DNA of 64,000 nt from Candidatus Latescibacterota bacterium (GCA_963707635.1 OY970173.1:2528001-2592000), one strand, 5' to 3'; counted from the stretch's first letter, positions 1-11,105 are shown. The notes: a model not told the origin generated them from the letters alone. Made by a program: numbers and translations.

Positions 1-407
1 TTGCGCGTGCGCTCTCCGAGGCCGCGCACCGTCTCGTCGTTGAGGCCGAGGTTCAAGACCGTGTCCATCATACCCGGCATTGACGCGCGCGCGCCGGAAC
101 GCACGGATACCAGCAGCGGACTGGACGGGTCGCCGAAGCGCCGGCCGGTTTCCACCTCGAGGCGGTGGAGGTGCTCGGCCACTTCCTCGCCCAGACCGTC
201 CGGATACCCGCCGGTGTGCGCCATGAAGTAGGCGCACACTTCGGTGGTGATGGTGAAGCCGGGAGGGACCGGGATACCGAGGTTGGCCATCTCGGCCACG
301 TCGGCGCCCTTGCCGCCGAGGAGGTCGCGCATCGCCGCCCCGCCTTCCGCGCGCGGCGCGCCAAAATGGTACACGTGCTGGACGGAGGGCTTGCGCGCGC
401 GCGTCAT
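1..407 (-). CDS. ppdK: Pyruvate, phosphate dikinase, N-terminal part (runs off window start)
   Basis: Manual translation from ATG at 407: [16 protein letters not shown]...[30 protein letters not shown]...[28 protein letters not shown], the characteristic PPDK N-terminus. Not in the ORF track because it is truncated. Confidence 0.95.
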   Translation of the reverse strand, partial: MTRARKPSVQHVYHFGAPRAEGGAAMRDLLGGKGADVAEMANLGIPVPPGFTITTEVCAYFMAHTGGYPDGLGEEVAEHLHRLEVETGRRFGDPSSPLLVSVRSGARASMPGMMDTVLNLGLNDETVRGLGERTR

Positions 408-409
408 CG

Positions 410-1909
410 CTACCCCGACACGCTCTCGGTGTCGATCTGGGCGCGCTGCAGCCGGCCGCTGTAGTCGACGTAGACCGACTTCCACTCGGTGAAGATGTCG
501 AGCACGGTGTGCGACGCCTCGCGATGGCCGTTGCCCGTGTCCTTGACGCCCCCGAACGGCAGCTGCACCTCGGCGCCGATGGTCGGGCCGTTCACGTAGG
601 TGATGCCCGCCTCGATGTCGCGGATGGCGCGGAACGCCTGATTCACATCGCGGGTGTAGATCGAGCTCGAGAGACCATAGTCGGTGTCGTTGAGCGTTGC
701 AATGGCGTCGTCCAGATCGCGCACTTCCAGCACCGCGAGCACGGGACCGAAGATCTCCTCGCGGGCGATACGCATCGAGCGCGTCACCCCGTCGAAGATG
801 GTGGGGGTGTAGAACCAGCCCTTTTCACACTCGCCGCGGGCGTAGATCTCGCCGCCGTGCACGAGCCGGGCGCCGTCCTCCCGTTTGCCGATCTCGACGT
901 AGCGGTGGACGCTCTCGCGCTGGGACGCGCTCACCATCGGTCCCACCTGGACGGTCTCGTCGAGGCCGTTGCCGAGCTTCAATGTCCTGACGCGCTCGAC
1001 GAGCATTTCGAGAAAGCGCTGTTTGATCGGCCGGTGGAGAATGAGGCGGCTGGTGGCCGTGCACCGCTGCCCCGCGGTACCGAAGGCGCCCCACAGCACG
1101 CCGTCGAGCGCGAGCTCGAGGTCCGCATCCTCCATCACGATCTGCGCGTTCTTTCCCCCCAGCTCCAGCGACAGCCGCTTCAGAGACTTGCCGCACACCT
1201 GCGCGAGGTGGCGGCCCACTTCCGACGAGCCGGTGAACGAGATGACGCGGACGTCGGGATGGTCGACCAGCCGGGCGCCGACGTTGCGCCCGTCTCCCGT
1301 CACCACGTTGACGACTCCCGGTGGAATGCCGGCTTCTTCGCACGCCTTCACCAGGTTGATCACCGACAGCGGCGTGTCGCTCGCCGGCTTGAGAATGGCG
1401 GTATTGCCGCACACCAGCGCCGGGAAGAGCTTCCAGGTGGGAATCGCCATGGGAAAATTCCACGGCGTGATCAGACCGCACACGCCGATGGGATGGCGCT
1501 CGGACCAGCCCGCCTTGCTGGGAAGTTCACACGGGACGGAATCCCCGAACAGGCGCCGTCCTTCGCCCCCCGCCAGAAAGGCGGTGTCGATTCCCTCCTG
1601 CACGTCGCCGCGCGTTTCCGAGAGGGTCTTGCCCATCTCGCGCGTCATGTCGCGCGCGAAGGCTTCCTTGTGCGCGGTCAGGATCGCGCCGGCCTTGAAC
1701 AGGTACTCGGCCCGCTTCGGGGCCGGGACCAGGCGCCAGGACGCGTACGCGCGTTTTGCCGCCACCACCGCGTCGTCCACGTCCTCCGCGGACGACGCCT
1801 GGAACGTGCACACCACTTCGTCGCGATCGGCCGGGTTGCGATTCTCGTCGGCGCGCCTCGCGCGGGAGCGAACCCACTTGCCGTCGATGTAGTTCAGCAT
1901 CTCTTGCAT
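410..1909 (-). CDS. NAD(P)-dependent aldehyde dehydrogenase family protein
   Basis: [23 protein letters not shown] (catalytic Cys), EEIFGPV and PFGGVK motifs. Confidence 0.95.
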   Translation of the reverse strand: MQEMLNYIDGKWVRSRARRADENRNPADRDEVVCTFQASSAEDVDDAVVAAKRAYASWRLVPAPKRAEYLFKAGAILTAHKEAFARDMTREMGKTLSETRGDVQEGIDTAFLAGGEGRRLFGDSVPCELPSKAGWSERHPIGVCGLITPWNFPMAIPTWKLFPALVCGNTAILKPASDTPLSVINLVKACEEAGIPPGVVNVVTGDGRNVGARLVDHPDVRVISFTGSSEVGRHLAQVCGKSLKRLSLELGGKNAQIVMEDADLELALDGVLWGAFGTAGQRCTATSRLILHRPIKQRFLEMLVERVRTLKLGNGLDETVQVGPMVSASQRESVHRYVEIGKREDGARLVHGGEIYARGECEKGWFYTPTIFDGVTRSMRIAREEIFGPVLAVLEVRDLDDAIATLNDTDYGLSSSIYTRDVNQAFRAIRDIEAGITYVNGPTIGAEVQLPFGGVKDTGNGHREASHTVLDIFTEWKSVYVDYSGRLQRAQIDTESVSG

Positions 1910-2005
1910 TGCGCTGTTTCCTTTCGATACAGATGCGAGGCGTGTGCGGGGGCGCCGGCGACGATGGCATACGGGCGGGACGGCGCGTCCGGTCGAGTCG
2001 CAGCG

Positions 2006-2035
2006 ACTCTAGCAAAACCGCCTTTCGCGCGTCAA
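2006..2035 (-). promoter_or_regulatory. Putative sigma70 promoter for ALDH-ppdK
   Basis: Minus strand TTGACG-N18-TAGAGT. Confidence 0.5.
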
Positions 2036-2125
2036 TTCCGGGTCTGGAACGCAAACGGGGCCACGACCAATGGTCGCGGCCCCGGAACAATCTGGCCGGC
2101 GGCGCGTCCGGGCGGTCGCGCGCGC

Positions 2126-3421
2126 TCAACGAATGATGGTGATGCGCCCGTAGACCGAGTCGCCGCTCGACGCCTCGAGTCGATAGACGTACACGCCGGA
2201 CGCCACCGGCTCCTCGTAGCCGTTGCGCGTATCCCACTCCACGTTGCCGGTCCCCCCCTGGTGCGTGTGCCACCACACCAGGTCGCCCGCCACGGTGTAA
2301 ACCTGGATGGTACAGTCCGAGGGAACGTTCACGAAACGAATAACCTCGTCCGGATAGTTGTGGTAGTTGTCGGCTGTCAAGCGGCTCGACCCTGACCGGA
2401 ACGGGTTGGGCACCGCGTACACGTCATAGAGATCGTTCTGCGGGTTGGATTGCATCTTGACCTCCACGAGCTGCTCCCCGCATTCGTACGGTGTTCCCAG
2501 CGTCACCGCGCAATTGTCGACCTTGACCAGGCCCTGCTGACCGGATGTCGGCGTGTAGCCCCGATCGAAGGTGGTCACCGCGTAGTAGTAGGTGAACCCG
2601 TTGACCGCGTTGCAGTCGAACCAGAACAGCTGGTCGCTCTCGAGCGGCAGGTCGATGCGCGACCCGAGGCACTCGATGTCGCCGTACGGTGAAAACCACG
2701 GCGGGTCCTGCCTGAGCGTCGGAAGGATGTCGTAAAAATAGACCGAGTCGACAATGCTGCCCCCGGTGGCCTGCCCCCTGAACGCTTCCTGCTTGGACAC
2801 CTCGCCGAGAACCTCGAGGTCGCTTCCGTCGCTCTCGATCCCGCGCCACACGTGGAACCCCTCGAAATCCTCGAGCCCCAGGATGAACCCGCCCTGGGTG
2901 TCGACCTGCCCGGCGGAGAAGCGAATCTGCACGCCGAAGTCAACGAGGGCCAGCGTCCTCTGGTCCTTGAACAAGAGCGGGATCCATGCGTTCGGCACAT
3001 AGGAGGGTTGCAGCACGATCCGGTTGCTGAAGTACTCCTCATGACGGATGGAGAAATTGATGGTGATGGAATCCTGCCCGACCGTCCCGCCGGCGATCGC
3101 CCGGAAGTCCACGGTGCGGTCGATGTCGCCCGTGTAGGCGCCGCGCGTTCCCGGCACGCTCGACTCGCTGGCGGACGAATCCCGCAACCAGCCGGTGGTA
3201 TCCGGTTGGAGGACGAAAGCCGAACAACTGTCGGGGCTCTCCCGCCACGTGATGAAGTTGACGAAGTGCTTCTTCCCCGCGTCGTATGCGCTGTGCACCC
3301 TGACATCGGTCGGCGCCTGAAGAGTCAAGCCGGTCGGAGCGCTGGCGCGCGCGGTGAAGGCAATACTCACGAGGAGCCCGGCGGTCAGCGCCACGCCCCT
3401 TCGGGAACCCGGTGAGTTCAA
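2126..3421 (-). CDS. Secreted protein with FN3-like segment and C-terminal FlgD/T9SS-like sorting domain
   Basis: TTG start at 3421 preceded by GGAGG; signal-peptide-like N-terminus (…ALTAGLLVSIAFTARA); DFEGFHVWRG and NGFTYYYAVTTFD motifs; C-terminus AVPNPF…WDTRN…VASGVYVYRL…RITIIR. Confidence 0.8.
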   Translation of the reverse strand: MNSPGSRRGVALTAGLLVSIAFTARASAPTGLTLQAPTDVRVHSAYDAGKKHFVNFITWRESPDSCSAFVLQPDTTGWLRDSSASESSVPGTRGAYTGDIDRTVDFRAIAGGTVGQDSITINFSIRHEEYFSNRIVLQPSYVPNAWIPLLFKDQRTLALVDFGVQIRFSAGQVDTQGGFILGLEDFEGFHVWRGIESDGSDLEVLGEVSKQEAFRGQATGGSIVDSVYFYDILPTLRQDPPWFSPYGDIECLGSRIDLPLESDQLFWFDCNAVNGFTYYYAVTTFDRGYTPTSGQQGLVKVDNCAVTLGTPYECGEQLVEVKMQSNPQNDLYDVYAVPNPFRSGSSRLTADNYHNYPDEVIRFVNVPSDCTIQVYTVAGDLVWWHTHQGGTGNVEWDTRNGYEEPVASGVYVYRLEASSGDSVYGRITIIR

Positions 3422-3467
3422 GCAAGTCCCTCCTGGATCACAATCGTCGCATCCGCCGGCGCTCGCC

Positions 3468-5834
3468 TCACGGCGAGGTCGATGCCGTCGCCGACCCGGG
3501 CACGCGTGGCAGCTGCCATTCGTTGAAGAAGATGTACTCCATGGCCGGCTTGACCTGATTCGGCTTGAAGTACACCGGAGGAAACCCGAACACGACGCTG
3601 CGTGCGCCGATCGCCCCAGGCACATCCGCGACCCGGTCCGCGAACGCACTGGTCCAGAAAGCCACCGGCTCATTGTACGTCGGTTCCTGGGTGTCGAGGG
3701 AAATCATCCCGTAGATGGGCTGGAAGCAATTCCGCGGGTTAGAAACATACTGGCAGGCCTTCCCGCTGCGGAAGTACGAGGGGTTGTACACTTCCGCATC
3801 GAGCCCTCTGTCCGACGGCTGGTAGAACATGCCCGGCTCGGTTATTTCGTCCCGCAGCTCGAGGGGCGGAAAGTTCAAGTCGAGTGGATTGGCGCCGCGC
3901 ATGGTGTCGTCCCGCAAGGAGGTCAGATCATAGGGGTCGCGATATTGCTCCACGGAGCAGTAGAACTGCGCCCCAGACTGGCGGTAGCGGCGCCGGCTGC
4001 TAAACATGTACCCGTAGTCGATGACGTCCACGCACAGCTCTCTGTACGCGAACGAAATCTCGCCCATGGGGTCGGAGACATCCGGTCCGTCGGACCCGGT
4101 CTGGAGGTCTTGGCCTTCCATCTCGTATCTCACGATTAGCGGGTGACGCGGGCTGGCAAGGTCACGGTTCTCGACAAGCTGCACCGGGTGCTGACCTGCG
4201 AGCATGAGGTGCACGCCGGCCGCCATCGAGAGGGCGAGGTAGTTCGGCTGCACCTTGCCGCTCAGAGGGCCGCCGCCAGATGTCGTTCGCTGCGAGCGAT
4301 ATTGAATATACGAGTAAAGCAGGGGAAAATCGGCCTCCTGACCGACGTCGGCGTAGACACTCCAGATAATCGCCTTGTACCGGGCCAGCAGCGCCAGCGG
4401 TACCTCACCCGCCTTGGACAGGCTGATCACGTCGCTCGCCAGGTCGAAGCCCTTGACGTTCGACACCATGTCGACCCAGAACGCGTCGTGCTCGGCGTCG
4501 TTGGGCAATACTCCCCGCCCCCGACCATTGCCCCACCCCGGATCCGACGCTGGTTGTTCGTCCGGCTTGAAGTCATCGACGATCAGCACGTCTCGCTCCA
4601 GGGTGAACTGAATCACGTTGACCTTGATCTCGACGCGCGAGCAGAAGCCGGAATTGTCCACCACCTCGACCGTCAGGGTGTGGGTTCCGAAAAAGAATGT
4701 TCGCGGAGTCGTTGAGGCCACGCTCTGGACGAACGGAGTCCAATCAACCTCCCACTGCTCGGGGTCGGTCAGGTCCGAGATGTCCCACCCGAAACGGTAC
4801 CCTGAAACGATACCGCCGTAATCCTTGGCGTCCGCTGCAAAAGAAAAATTCAGCGTGACCCCGGCGGGAACATCGAGGACCGTGAGCGGTGTGCTGCACG
4901 TGGTCGTGGCCGTCGCTCCCATGTAGACGTTCGCCACCGTGAGCAGCGGCCCCGTGATGCGACTACCCACGCGCAGCCGCCGCACGTTGAATGCCTCGTC
5001 GAGCACCGGGGTCACCGCACCCGCCTCGTCCTTGGCACGCATGGCGAAGATGTAGGTGCCGTATTCCTGCGGCGGCGACGTCCAGAACTTACCGCTGTCG
5101 TTCTCGGCGCGGTAGAAGACCCACGGGTACCATTCTTTTTGGGACGCCGGGGAGCCGCTGCGGAGGTACGCAATCGTCGCGTCGAGGGGTCTCTGAGCGG
5201 AGGCGAAGGGTTTCGTGCTTACCAGCGCCCATTGCACCGAGTCCGGCTCCTGCGCCACCAGGCGGTCGCTCACGTAGTCCGATGCCAGCCAGCTGAAGGT
5301 GATGATCGGCGGGACGTCGGCGGGCGTCGTGACGCCTGGGGTCCCGACCGGGATCATGATGTTCACCGACGGGGACAACGTCCTGGACGTGAACGAGCGG
5401 TAGGCGGGCCGGGTCGAGCGCAGGCCCTCCTCGTCGACCGCGCGGATGAAGAAGGTGTGCGAGCGTCTGAATTCGCTGATCTGCGACGTGGGCCTCGGAT
5501 CCGCCAGGTTGTCCGCAGAAAACACAATCGTCGAATCGTTCGCGAGCACCGGGGTCCACGGCTTTCCCACCGTGTCCGCCGGGTTGAACACGCCGGTCGT
5601 GTTGTTCGTGGTCAGGAACTCGTAGCGGAGGATCTCGCCGTCTGGGTCCCATCCCCCCCAGTACAGGTGCACTCTGTACTTCTCTACCGTGCCTTCCGGC
5701 GGCGCTGCCGACAACCATACCCGCGGCGGCTGGTTCTCAAGGCGGGTACCTTGGATTCCCTCGCTGGTGCATGCCTGAAACATGCCCAACACGGCGAAGG
5801 CGATCAACCATATGCACAGCCCATGACGCCTCAT
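3468..5834 (-). CDS. Large putative lipoprotein (Ig/FN3-like repeats plus a C-terminal alpha/beta domain)
   Basis: Lipobox-like …VLGMFQA-C; NQPP…HLYWGGWDPDG…FFIRAVDEEG; start 5834 or 5840 after AGAGGT. Confidence 0.8.
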   Translation of the reverse strand: MRRHGLCIWLIAFAVLGMFQACTSEGIQGTRLENQPPRVWLSAAPPEGTVEKYRVHLYWGGWDPDGEILRYEFLTTNNTTGVFNPADTVGKPWTPVLANDSTIVFSADNLADPRPTSQISEFRRSHTFFIRAVDEEGLRSTRPAYRSFTSRTLSPSVNIMIPVGTPGVTTPADVPPIITFSWLASDYVSDRLVAQEPDSVQWALVSTKPFASAQRPLDATIAYLRSGSPASQKEWYPWVFYRAENDSGKFWTSPPQEYGTYIFAMRAKDEAGAVTPVLDEAFNVRRLRVGSRITGPLLTVANVYMGATATTTCSTPLTVLDVPAGVTLNFSFAADAKDYGGIVSGYRFGWDISDLTDPEQWEVDWTPFVQSVASTTPRTFFFGTHTLTVEVVDNSGFCSRVEIKVNVIQFTLERDVLIVDDFKPDEQPASDPGWGNGRGRGVLPNDAEHDAFWVDMVSNVKGFDLASDVISLSKAGEVPLALLARYKAIIWSVYADVGQEADFPLLYSYIQYRSQRTTSGGGPLSGKVQPNYLALSMAAGVHLMLAGQHPVQLVENRDLASPRHPLIVRYEMEGQDLQTGSDGPDVSDPMGEISFAYRELCVDVIDYGYMFSSRRRYRQSGAQFYCSVEQYRDPYDLTSLRDDTMRGANPLDLNFPPLELRDEITEPGMFYQPSDRGLDAEVYNPSYFRSGKACQYVSNPRNCFQPIYGMISLDTQEPTYNEPVAFWTSAFADRVADVPGAIGARSVVFGFPPVYFKPNQVKPAMEYIFFNEWQLPRVPGSATASTSP

Positions 5835-5844
5835 AGCCATACCT

Positions 5845-7716
5845 CTAGCGCTCAAACTTCAGGTAGAACGTCACGACCCGCGCGGGCGTCCACCTGCCCA
5901 GCGACTCGTAGTTGAACGCGTTGATCAAGTTTCTGGTGCCCGGTTGTGGACCGGCGGCGCTGTCCTGCGGAACTGCATTCCAGAACACGTACTGCGAAAA
6001 GTCTCTCTCTCCCAATCTCGTATCGCGCCCGTACAGGACCATCGTGATGGTGTTGTTGAAGTACCCGGGGAGCGCGGCGAACACGTCGTCGCCCTCGGGG
6101 TCGTCGTACCGGATCAGCACCTCCATGCGGTCGCTCATCGCGTTGTCCGCGGTGCCCGCGAACCACGCCGGCCCGGCCCGGCCCAGCGACCACGATGTTC
6201 CCGTCCCCGACGACGCGCTATAACCTGTGTACACGAAATAACGCCACGACCTGATCGCCGACCCCAAGGGGTCTCTGGGATCGTCGTGGCCCGTGGCACT
6301 TACCGTCCATGCGAAGCGTTTGTAGTAACGACCGTTGCTCGACACCGTGTCGCTTTCCGCGTCGTACGGCCACCCCACCCCCTTATAGAAGTGCCACGTC
6401 AGTGTGTCCACCGTCGACACGTCGAGGGGGCTGCCCTGCTGGTCGCGCACGGCCCACGTGTCCATGGTCGGGTCGAAGTTCCCGATGATGTGGAACGAGG
6501 GCGCCGTCCCGTCGCGCGTCCCGTTTTCGTCGATCCCGGCGGCGAAGAAGTCGTACTCCACCGACCCGACGTCGACCGAGTTCGAATCCGTCGCCGAACC
6601 CTTGTCGGAGTCGTGGCGTCCGCTTCGCGGCAGCCAGTTGCTGTCCTCATAGGCCGAGGGAACGCGCGCCGAGGTTCGCAGGTATCGGACCTGGAAGTCG
6701 ATGCAGCTGTCCGGGAGGGTGGCCGAACACGTCCAGACATCGCGCTTATCGTCGAACGCCCTGTATCGGGACCATATCCAGCTGCCCAACGGCACGGTGT
6801 CCGGGATCCCGTCGGTGAAATTCACCGTTCGGACGATCCGGAGGTTGTTCCTGAAGGACGTATTCTTGACACTGATTATCTCCGTTTGTGGGTCGAAGTT
6901 GACGACCACCTGGGAAACACCGGTTCGGAACTGGCCCGCGTCGATCTGCGACTCCGCGTTGGCGCCGTCGATGCACTTGGCCGCGAATCTGAAGACCCCG
7001 GCGGGAAATGCGTCTGCGTCCTTGTTCGGGAAGGTCCGCATCGTGTCCCCGATGTCGGTCCAGGCGTTGGAGCCCTGGAGGACGATGGTGGCGCTCAACG
7101 GGTAATAGTAATATCCGCCAAGCGACCCGTTGATCGTCAGCCCGTGGTAGCTGATGGCAAAGGGGTGATACATTCCGACGGTGTCGGCTGGCGGCGTTCG
7201 CTTCGTGTACGGCCGCGCCGCGCCGTTGATGTAGTTGACGAATCGTATCTGGGGGAGTTGGCCGATCGTCGCCACGAATTCCACCCCCGCCGGTTGGGGG
7301 TCGATGACGCCGTTGTCATCGATCGCCGCCACCAGAAAGGCCTGGCGATTCTTGCGCACTCCCACCCCGCCGACATCCTTGTACGCGACAAACGAGAACA
7401 CCGAATCGGTGCGCGTCGTGATGCGCCCGAGCTGGTAGTCACGGAGGCGCCCGGCCGGGTTCCACGTGGACTCCCCCAGGGCGAGCGTGTCCTGTATCGA
7501 CCACAGGTAGCGCGTCGTCGTCCCGTCCCGATCGACGCCCCGCCAGTATACGTGCACGAGGTACTCGTACTCGCTCGAATCCGGCGGCGCGTACCACAGC
7601 TGGGTATCCGGCGGCTGGTTGCGGTCCACCAGCGACGGCTGGTTACGACGGCAGGACGCCGTCAGCGCGACCAGGCACACGGCGAGCGCAGCGGCTCCCT
7701 TGAGGTATCTCGGCAT
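5845..7716 (-). CDS. Putative lipoprotein, paralogous at its N-terminus to 3468-5834
   Basis: ATG at 7716 after AAGGAG; MPRYLKGAAALAVCLVALTAS-C lipobox; NQPP…HVYWRGVDRDG…FLVAAIDDNG. Confidence 0.8.
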   Translation of the reverse strand: MPRYLKGAAALAVCLVALTASCRRNQPSLVDRNQPPDTQLWYAPPDSSEYEYLVHVYWRGVDRDGTTTRYLWSIQDTLALGESTWNPAGRLRDYQLGRITTRTDSVFSFVAYKDVGGVGVRKNRQAFLVAAIDDNGVIDPQPAGVEFVATIGQLPQIRFVNYINGAARPYTKRTPPADTVGMYHPFAISYHGLTINGSLGGYYYYPLSATIVLQGSNAWTDIGDTMRTFPNKDADAFPAGVFRFAAKCIDGANAESQIDAGQFRTGVSQVVVNFDPQTEIISVKNTSFRNNLRIVRTVNFTDGIPDTVPLGSWIWSRYRAFDDKRDVWTCSATLPDSCIDFQVRYLRTSARVPSAYEDSNWLPRSGRHDSDKGSATDSNSVDVGSVEYDFFAAGIDENGTRDGTAPSFHIIGNFDPTMDTWAVRDQQGSPLDVSTVDTLTWHFYKGVGWPYDAESDTVSSNGRYYKRFAWTVSATGHDDPRDPLGSAIRSWRYFVYTGYSASSGTGTSWSLGRAGPAWFAGTADNAMSDRMEVLIRYDDPEGDDVFAALPGYFNNTITMVLYGRDTRLGERDFSQYVFWNAVPQDSAAGPQPGTRNLINAFNYESLGRWTPARVVTFYLKFER

Positions 7717-7779
7717 GCGAAGAACGGCTCCTTCGTGCGTAGCGTAAGCTGGCGCGGGGACTCGAGCTGAAGCGGTTGC

Positions 7780-7809
7780 AATATAAGCGTATGGCAATTT
7801 GGGTGTCAA
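7780..7809 (-). promoter_or_regulatory. Putative sigma70 promoter of the lipoprotein operon
   Basis: Minus strand TTGACA-N18-TATATT. Confidence 0.65.
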
Positions 7810-7917
7810 ACCAAATCTGTCCCGGCTCCCGTGCAGATAGGGTCGGACGGCACTCCCCGCTTCCCACCCCCCCCTTCGCCCCAACTCCACAACACCCGCT
7901 TCCCGCCCGGCAATGCT

Positions 7918-7959
7918 CAAAAAGAAAGCGGGGGCTCGACCTTGCGATCGAGCCCCCGC
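7918..7959 (-). terminator. Rho-independent terminator after the 1037-aa gene
   Basis: 12-bp perfect stem GCGGGGGCTCGA/TCGAGCCCCCGC with a GCAA-containing loop, followed by TTTCTTTTT on the minus strand. Confidence 0.85.
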
Positions 7960-7991
7960 CGGACTACGACACCCGTGTGTCGAAGAACTTC

Positions 7992-10900
7992 CTACTTCAG
8001 AAGAACCATCTTCTTCGTCTGCGTGAAGTTGTTCGCAACGAGCTTGTAGAAATACACACCGCTCGAGACTGCCTGGCCCGCGTCGTTGCGACCGTCCCAC
8101 ACCTTCGTGTGGGCACCCGCCGCGAACTGCTCGTTAGCCAGCGTCCGGACCAGCTGGCCCGCCACGTTGTAAACCTTGAGGTTCACAAGACCGCGCTCCT
8201 TGACCGAGAACGCGATCGTCGTCTGCGGGTTGAACGGGTTCGGGTAGTTCTGCGAGAGGCTGTTGCTAGCAACCGCGCCTGTCCCCGTCGGCTGGGGCGG
8301 CGTGTTGCCGAGCCACGTGATGATGTCGTGCAGGTGCTTTGCACGGTCCGAAATACCATCGTTTTCATCGTCACGGATGTACGAGAACCCGAAGCCGGAC
8401 AGAATAACGCCGACACTGACCGTCTGCGGGTTGACCGTGCGATCCGAAACGATCGCGCTGTTGATCGGCTCAGGCGTCCACACGCCGCCAGTCGGCGCGC
8501 CGTAGCTGCCCTCCGACACCGCATCGCCGGTCGGCGTCATCACGTCGAAGTCGTTGTACACATTGCAACCACCGTACGCAAAGAACGTATCGCCGGCGAA
8601 GCACCCGGCCGGGTCGGTGTTGATCAACGGATTGATCGGGAACCCCTTGACATAGTGATCGCCGCCATTGGGATTCGACAGCGAATACCGGATGTAGGCC
8701 TTGAAGTTGGCCGCAGCCGTGCCTGTAAAGGCCTGCAACCGGGACGGCTGGTCGTCGCCGCAGAAATACAGGCCACCCGGATTCGTCAGGCCATCCAGGA
8801 ACTGCTTGAGGATTAGCGTATCGGGGCTCTTGTCGTGGTTCGTTGCCCCCGTCACGCCGTCGCCGATGCCGACCGTGAGATCACCGGAATCCCAGATGAT
8901 CTTCCGGTAGTTGCCGGTCAACTGAGTGATATCGTTGACTCGGCTACCCAGGCGGTTGGCAACGTCGGACGAAGGTCCGCGAACGTCGAACCGATCCACA
9001 TCGTCAAGCAGTCCGAGCGACTGGAACGCCGTGTCGAAGTACGGCTGACCACCGCGGCCGTCCAAGCAGTCGACATACAGAATGTCGCCATTTACCGCGC
9101 CACCGGCGGGCAAGCACGTGAACTCGGAAGCGTAGGTCGCCGCCTCGCTGGCGGTGTTCACCTGCAGGGTGAGAGCCGAACCGCCAAGGTACGTCTTCAC
9201 ACCGTTGGTGTTCTCCGCAGAGTACCAGAAGCATATGGTATCGCCCGGCTCCCACAGGCAGTCGTTGAGGTCGATACAGTACTTATCCAGTACATCCGTC
9301 GTGTCGAGACGGACGATATCCCACACGATGCTATTGACGGTTGTCGTGCCCACCCACGGGAACCTCGCAGGATCCTGTGTGAGAGCCGCACCGGTCTTGT
9401 TAGCCTGACCCTGCGGCCATGTGGCCACATAGATGTAGGCCTTCGGCTTGCCGGTGCCGTCGAGGGCGAGCCCCGCCTCCGGGTCGGCCATCGAGTACAC
9501 AACCGCGCTGTCATACGGGACGATACCCGGGGTGGTATAGCCGTTGCTGGTGGCCGCCCCGTCCGCGCGAACAAAGCCAGCCCAATCGCCGGTCGTCTCC
9601 GCGAAGTTGTCCTGGAACTGCTCCGAATCGCGGACCGTCCACTGCGGGCCATCTGCCTCGACACGATAGACTCTCACCGTGTCAAACAGCGGCGCCTGGG
9701 TGTGGCAGGTTGTGGCGGCCCCACCGCACCACGGACGGCAGTTGTCGAGGACACCCAGGCCGACCTGGACGTCGGAAGCGTTGGAGAGGTCCAGGAGGGG
9801 CGCCAGAACTGACTGCGCCCGTCCCCACGCCGGGGTACCGTTCGAGTAGTAAACAAAGTTAATGTCGTGCCACGCCTTCGGGCAGGGATTGCCGGTGTCA
9901 TACTGGCGCACGCGCCACACATAGAACACCAGGTTTGCCAGCGGAAGGTGAACGTACACCGTAAACTCCATGTTCAGCACGGAACCGGCGGTCCCCGCCA
10001 GGGAGATCTTCGGCGACCAGATCTCGTTGTGGATGTACGCGCCGTACTGATTCATCAGCGGCACGACCCTCTGCGCCGGCTTGCCGATGCAGCCGCCGAA
10101 GAAGGGGGAATTGTTGATGGCGGCCCATACGCAGGAAAGATCTTTCCGGCACGGGTCATCCTGCGCAATCGAGGTGCCCGGGAAAGTGGCCATGTAATTC
10201 CCGAAGCCATTTACCTTGCCCGCGATCCAGTCGTTGGACGATGTGGCACCGACCACTTCGTCCTCGAACTCCTCGAGCATGCCACCCTCGACAGTGAGGC
10301 TGTCGACATGGACAGCGCCGTTGGTCGGATAGACGCCGTCCTCGTCCGAATACGCGTGCTGCGATTGGAAGCGCAGGCGCACCTTGACGGGGCCAGCGGC
10401 CGGAACCACGGGTTTCGACACGACGAGGAAGGAGTCGAAGTCAACCGGGACATTAGCGTCAAGGTCGGTGAGGCCGTCGGGTGTGGCTCCCGTACCTGGT
10501 CCGACACCGCCATACAACCGCTTCCAGACCTCGTTTCCGGAGTTGCTGCAGTCGGCCGTATACTCGATCGACCAGCCGCAGTACGTGTAGTGGGAACTCC
10601 ACTGGGCGATCATCGCCACATCCACGTTACCCACGACGGCGACGCAGCTCTTCATCGACCACGTCTGGTCCCAGTTGTTACCGTAGCCGGGAGCCGACTC
10701 GTAGGAGCAAACGAGCCCATCAGGATTGTTCGCACGCGTTCCGCACCAGAGCGACTTCGAACCCCGAATCGGCGCATAATCCGCCGCCGGAAGCCCGGAA
10801 TAGTCGTCGATGTGCCAGTAAAGAGGGCTGACCGTCGACAGATCAACCCCGGTCCAGCCCTGGGCCGTACACGTGGTAGGACTGGCGTCGAAATTATACG

Positions 10901-11105
10901 CCCCCAGAATCGTCGTGTTCGCCGCCGCGGTCGCCGCCAGAGCCTGCTGCTCCGAGCGGTAGTCCGACGTGGGCGACTGGTACGCGTTTATCTGGTAATC
11001 GCCATAATTCGGTTCATGCTTCTTGCCAGCCTTCGCAAACGCCATCGAAGCGATGAGCGTGAGACCGAGCGCAAGAACACAGGAACCGCGCAATGCATTC
11101 TTCAT
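7992..11105 (-). CDS. Large Cys-containing secreted protein with C-terminal FlgD/T9SS-like sorting domain
   Basis: Signal peptide (…LALGLTLIASMAFA); C-terminus SQNYPNPFNPQTTI…VYNVAGQLVRTL…WDGRNDAG…SSGVYFYKL…KKMVLLK. Confidence 0.9.
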   Translation of the reverse strand: MKNALRGSCVLALGLTLIASMAFAKAGKKHEPNYGDYQINAYQSPTSDYRSEQQALAATAAANTTILGAYNFDASPTTCTAQGWTGVDLSTVSPLYWHIDDYSGLPAADYAPIRGSKSLWCGTRANNPDGLVCSYESAPGYGNNWDQTWSMKSCVAVVGNVDVAMIAQWSSHYTYCGWSIEYTADCSNSGNEVWKRLYGGVGPGTGATPDGLTDLDANVPVDFDSFLVVSKPVVPAAGPVKVRLRFQSQHAYSDEDGVYPTNGAVHVDSLTVEGGMLEEFEDEVVGATSSNDWIAGKVNGFGNYMATFPGTSIAQDDPCRKDLSCVWAAINNSPFFGGCIGKPAQRVVPLMNQYGAYIHNEIWSPKISLAGTAGSVLNMEFTVYVHLPLANLVFYVWRVRQYDTGNPCPKAWHDINFVYYSNGTPAWGRAQSVLAPLLDLSNASDVQVGLGVLDNCRPWCGGAATTCHTQAPLFDTVRVYRVEADGPQWTVRDSEQFQDNFAETTGDWAGFVRADGAATSNGYTTPGIVPYDSAVVYSMADPEAGLALDGTGKPKAYIYVATWPQGQANKTGAALTQDPARFPWVGTTTVNSIVWDIVRLDTTDVLDKYCIDLNDCLWEPGDTICFWYSAENTNGVKTYLGGSALTLQVNTASEAATYASEFTCLPAGGAVNGDILYVDCLDGRGGQPYFDTAFQSLGLLDDVDRFDVRGPSSDVANRLGSRVNDITQLTGNYRKIIWDSGDLTVGIGDGVTGATNHDKSPDTLILKQFLDGLTNPGGLYFCGDDQPSRLQAFTGTAAANFKAYIRYSLSNPNGGDHYVKGFPINPLINTDPAGCFAGDTFFAYGGCNVYNDFDVMTPTGDAVSEGSYGAPTGGVWTPEPINSAIVSDRTVNPQTVSVGVILSGFGFSYIRDDENDGISDRAKHLHDIITWLGNTPPQPTGTGAVASNSLSQNYPNPFNPQTTIAFSVKERGLVNLKVYNVAGQLVRTLANEQFAAGAHTKVWDGRNDAGQAVSSGVYFYKLVANNFTQTKKMVLLK

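Noticed and set aside
295..320. PPDK motif reads GGKGAD rather than GGKGAN
   Set aside because: A single substitution with the surrounding motifs intact; insufficient to claim altered function.
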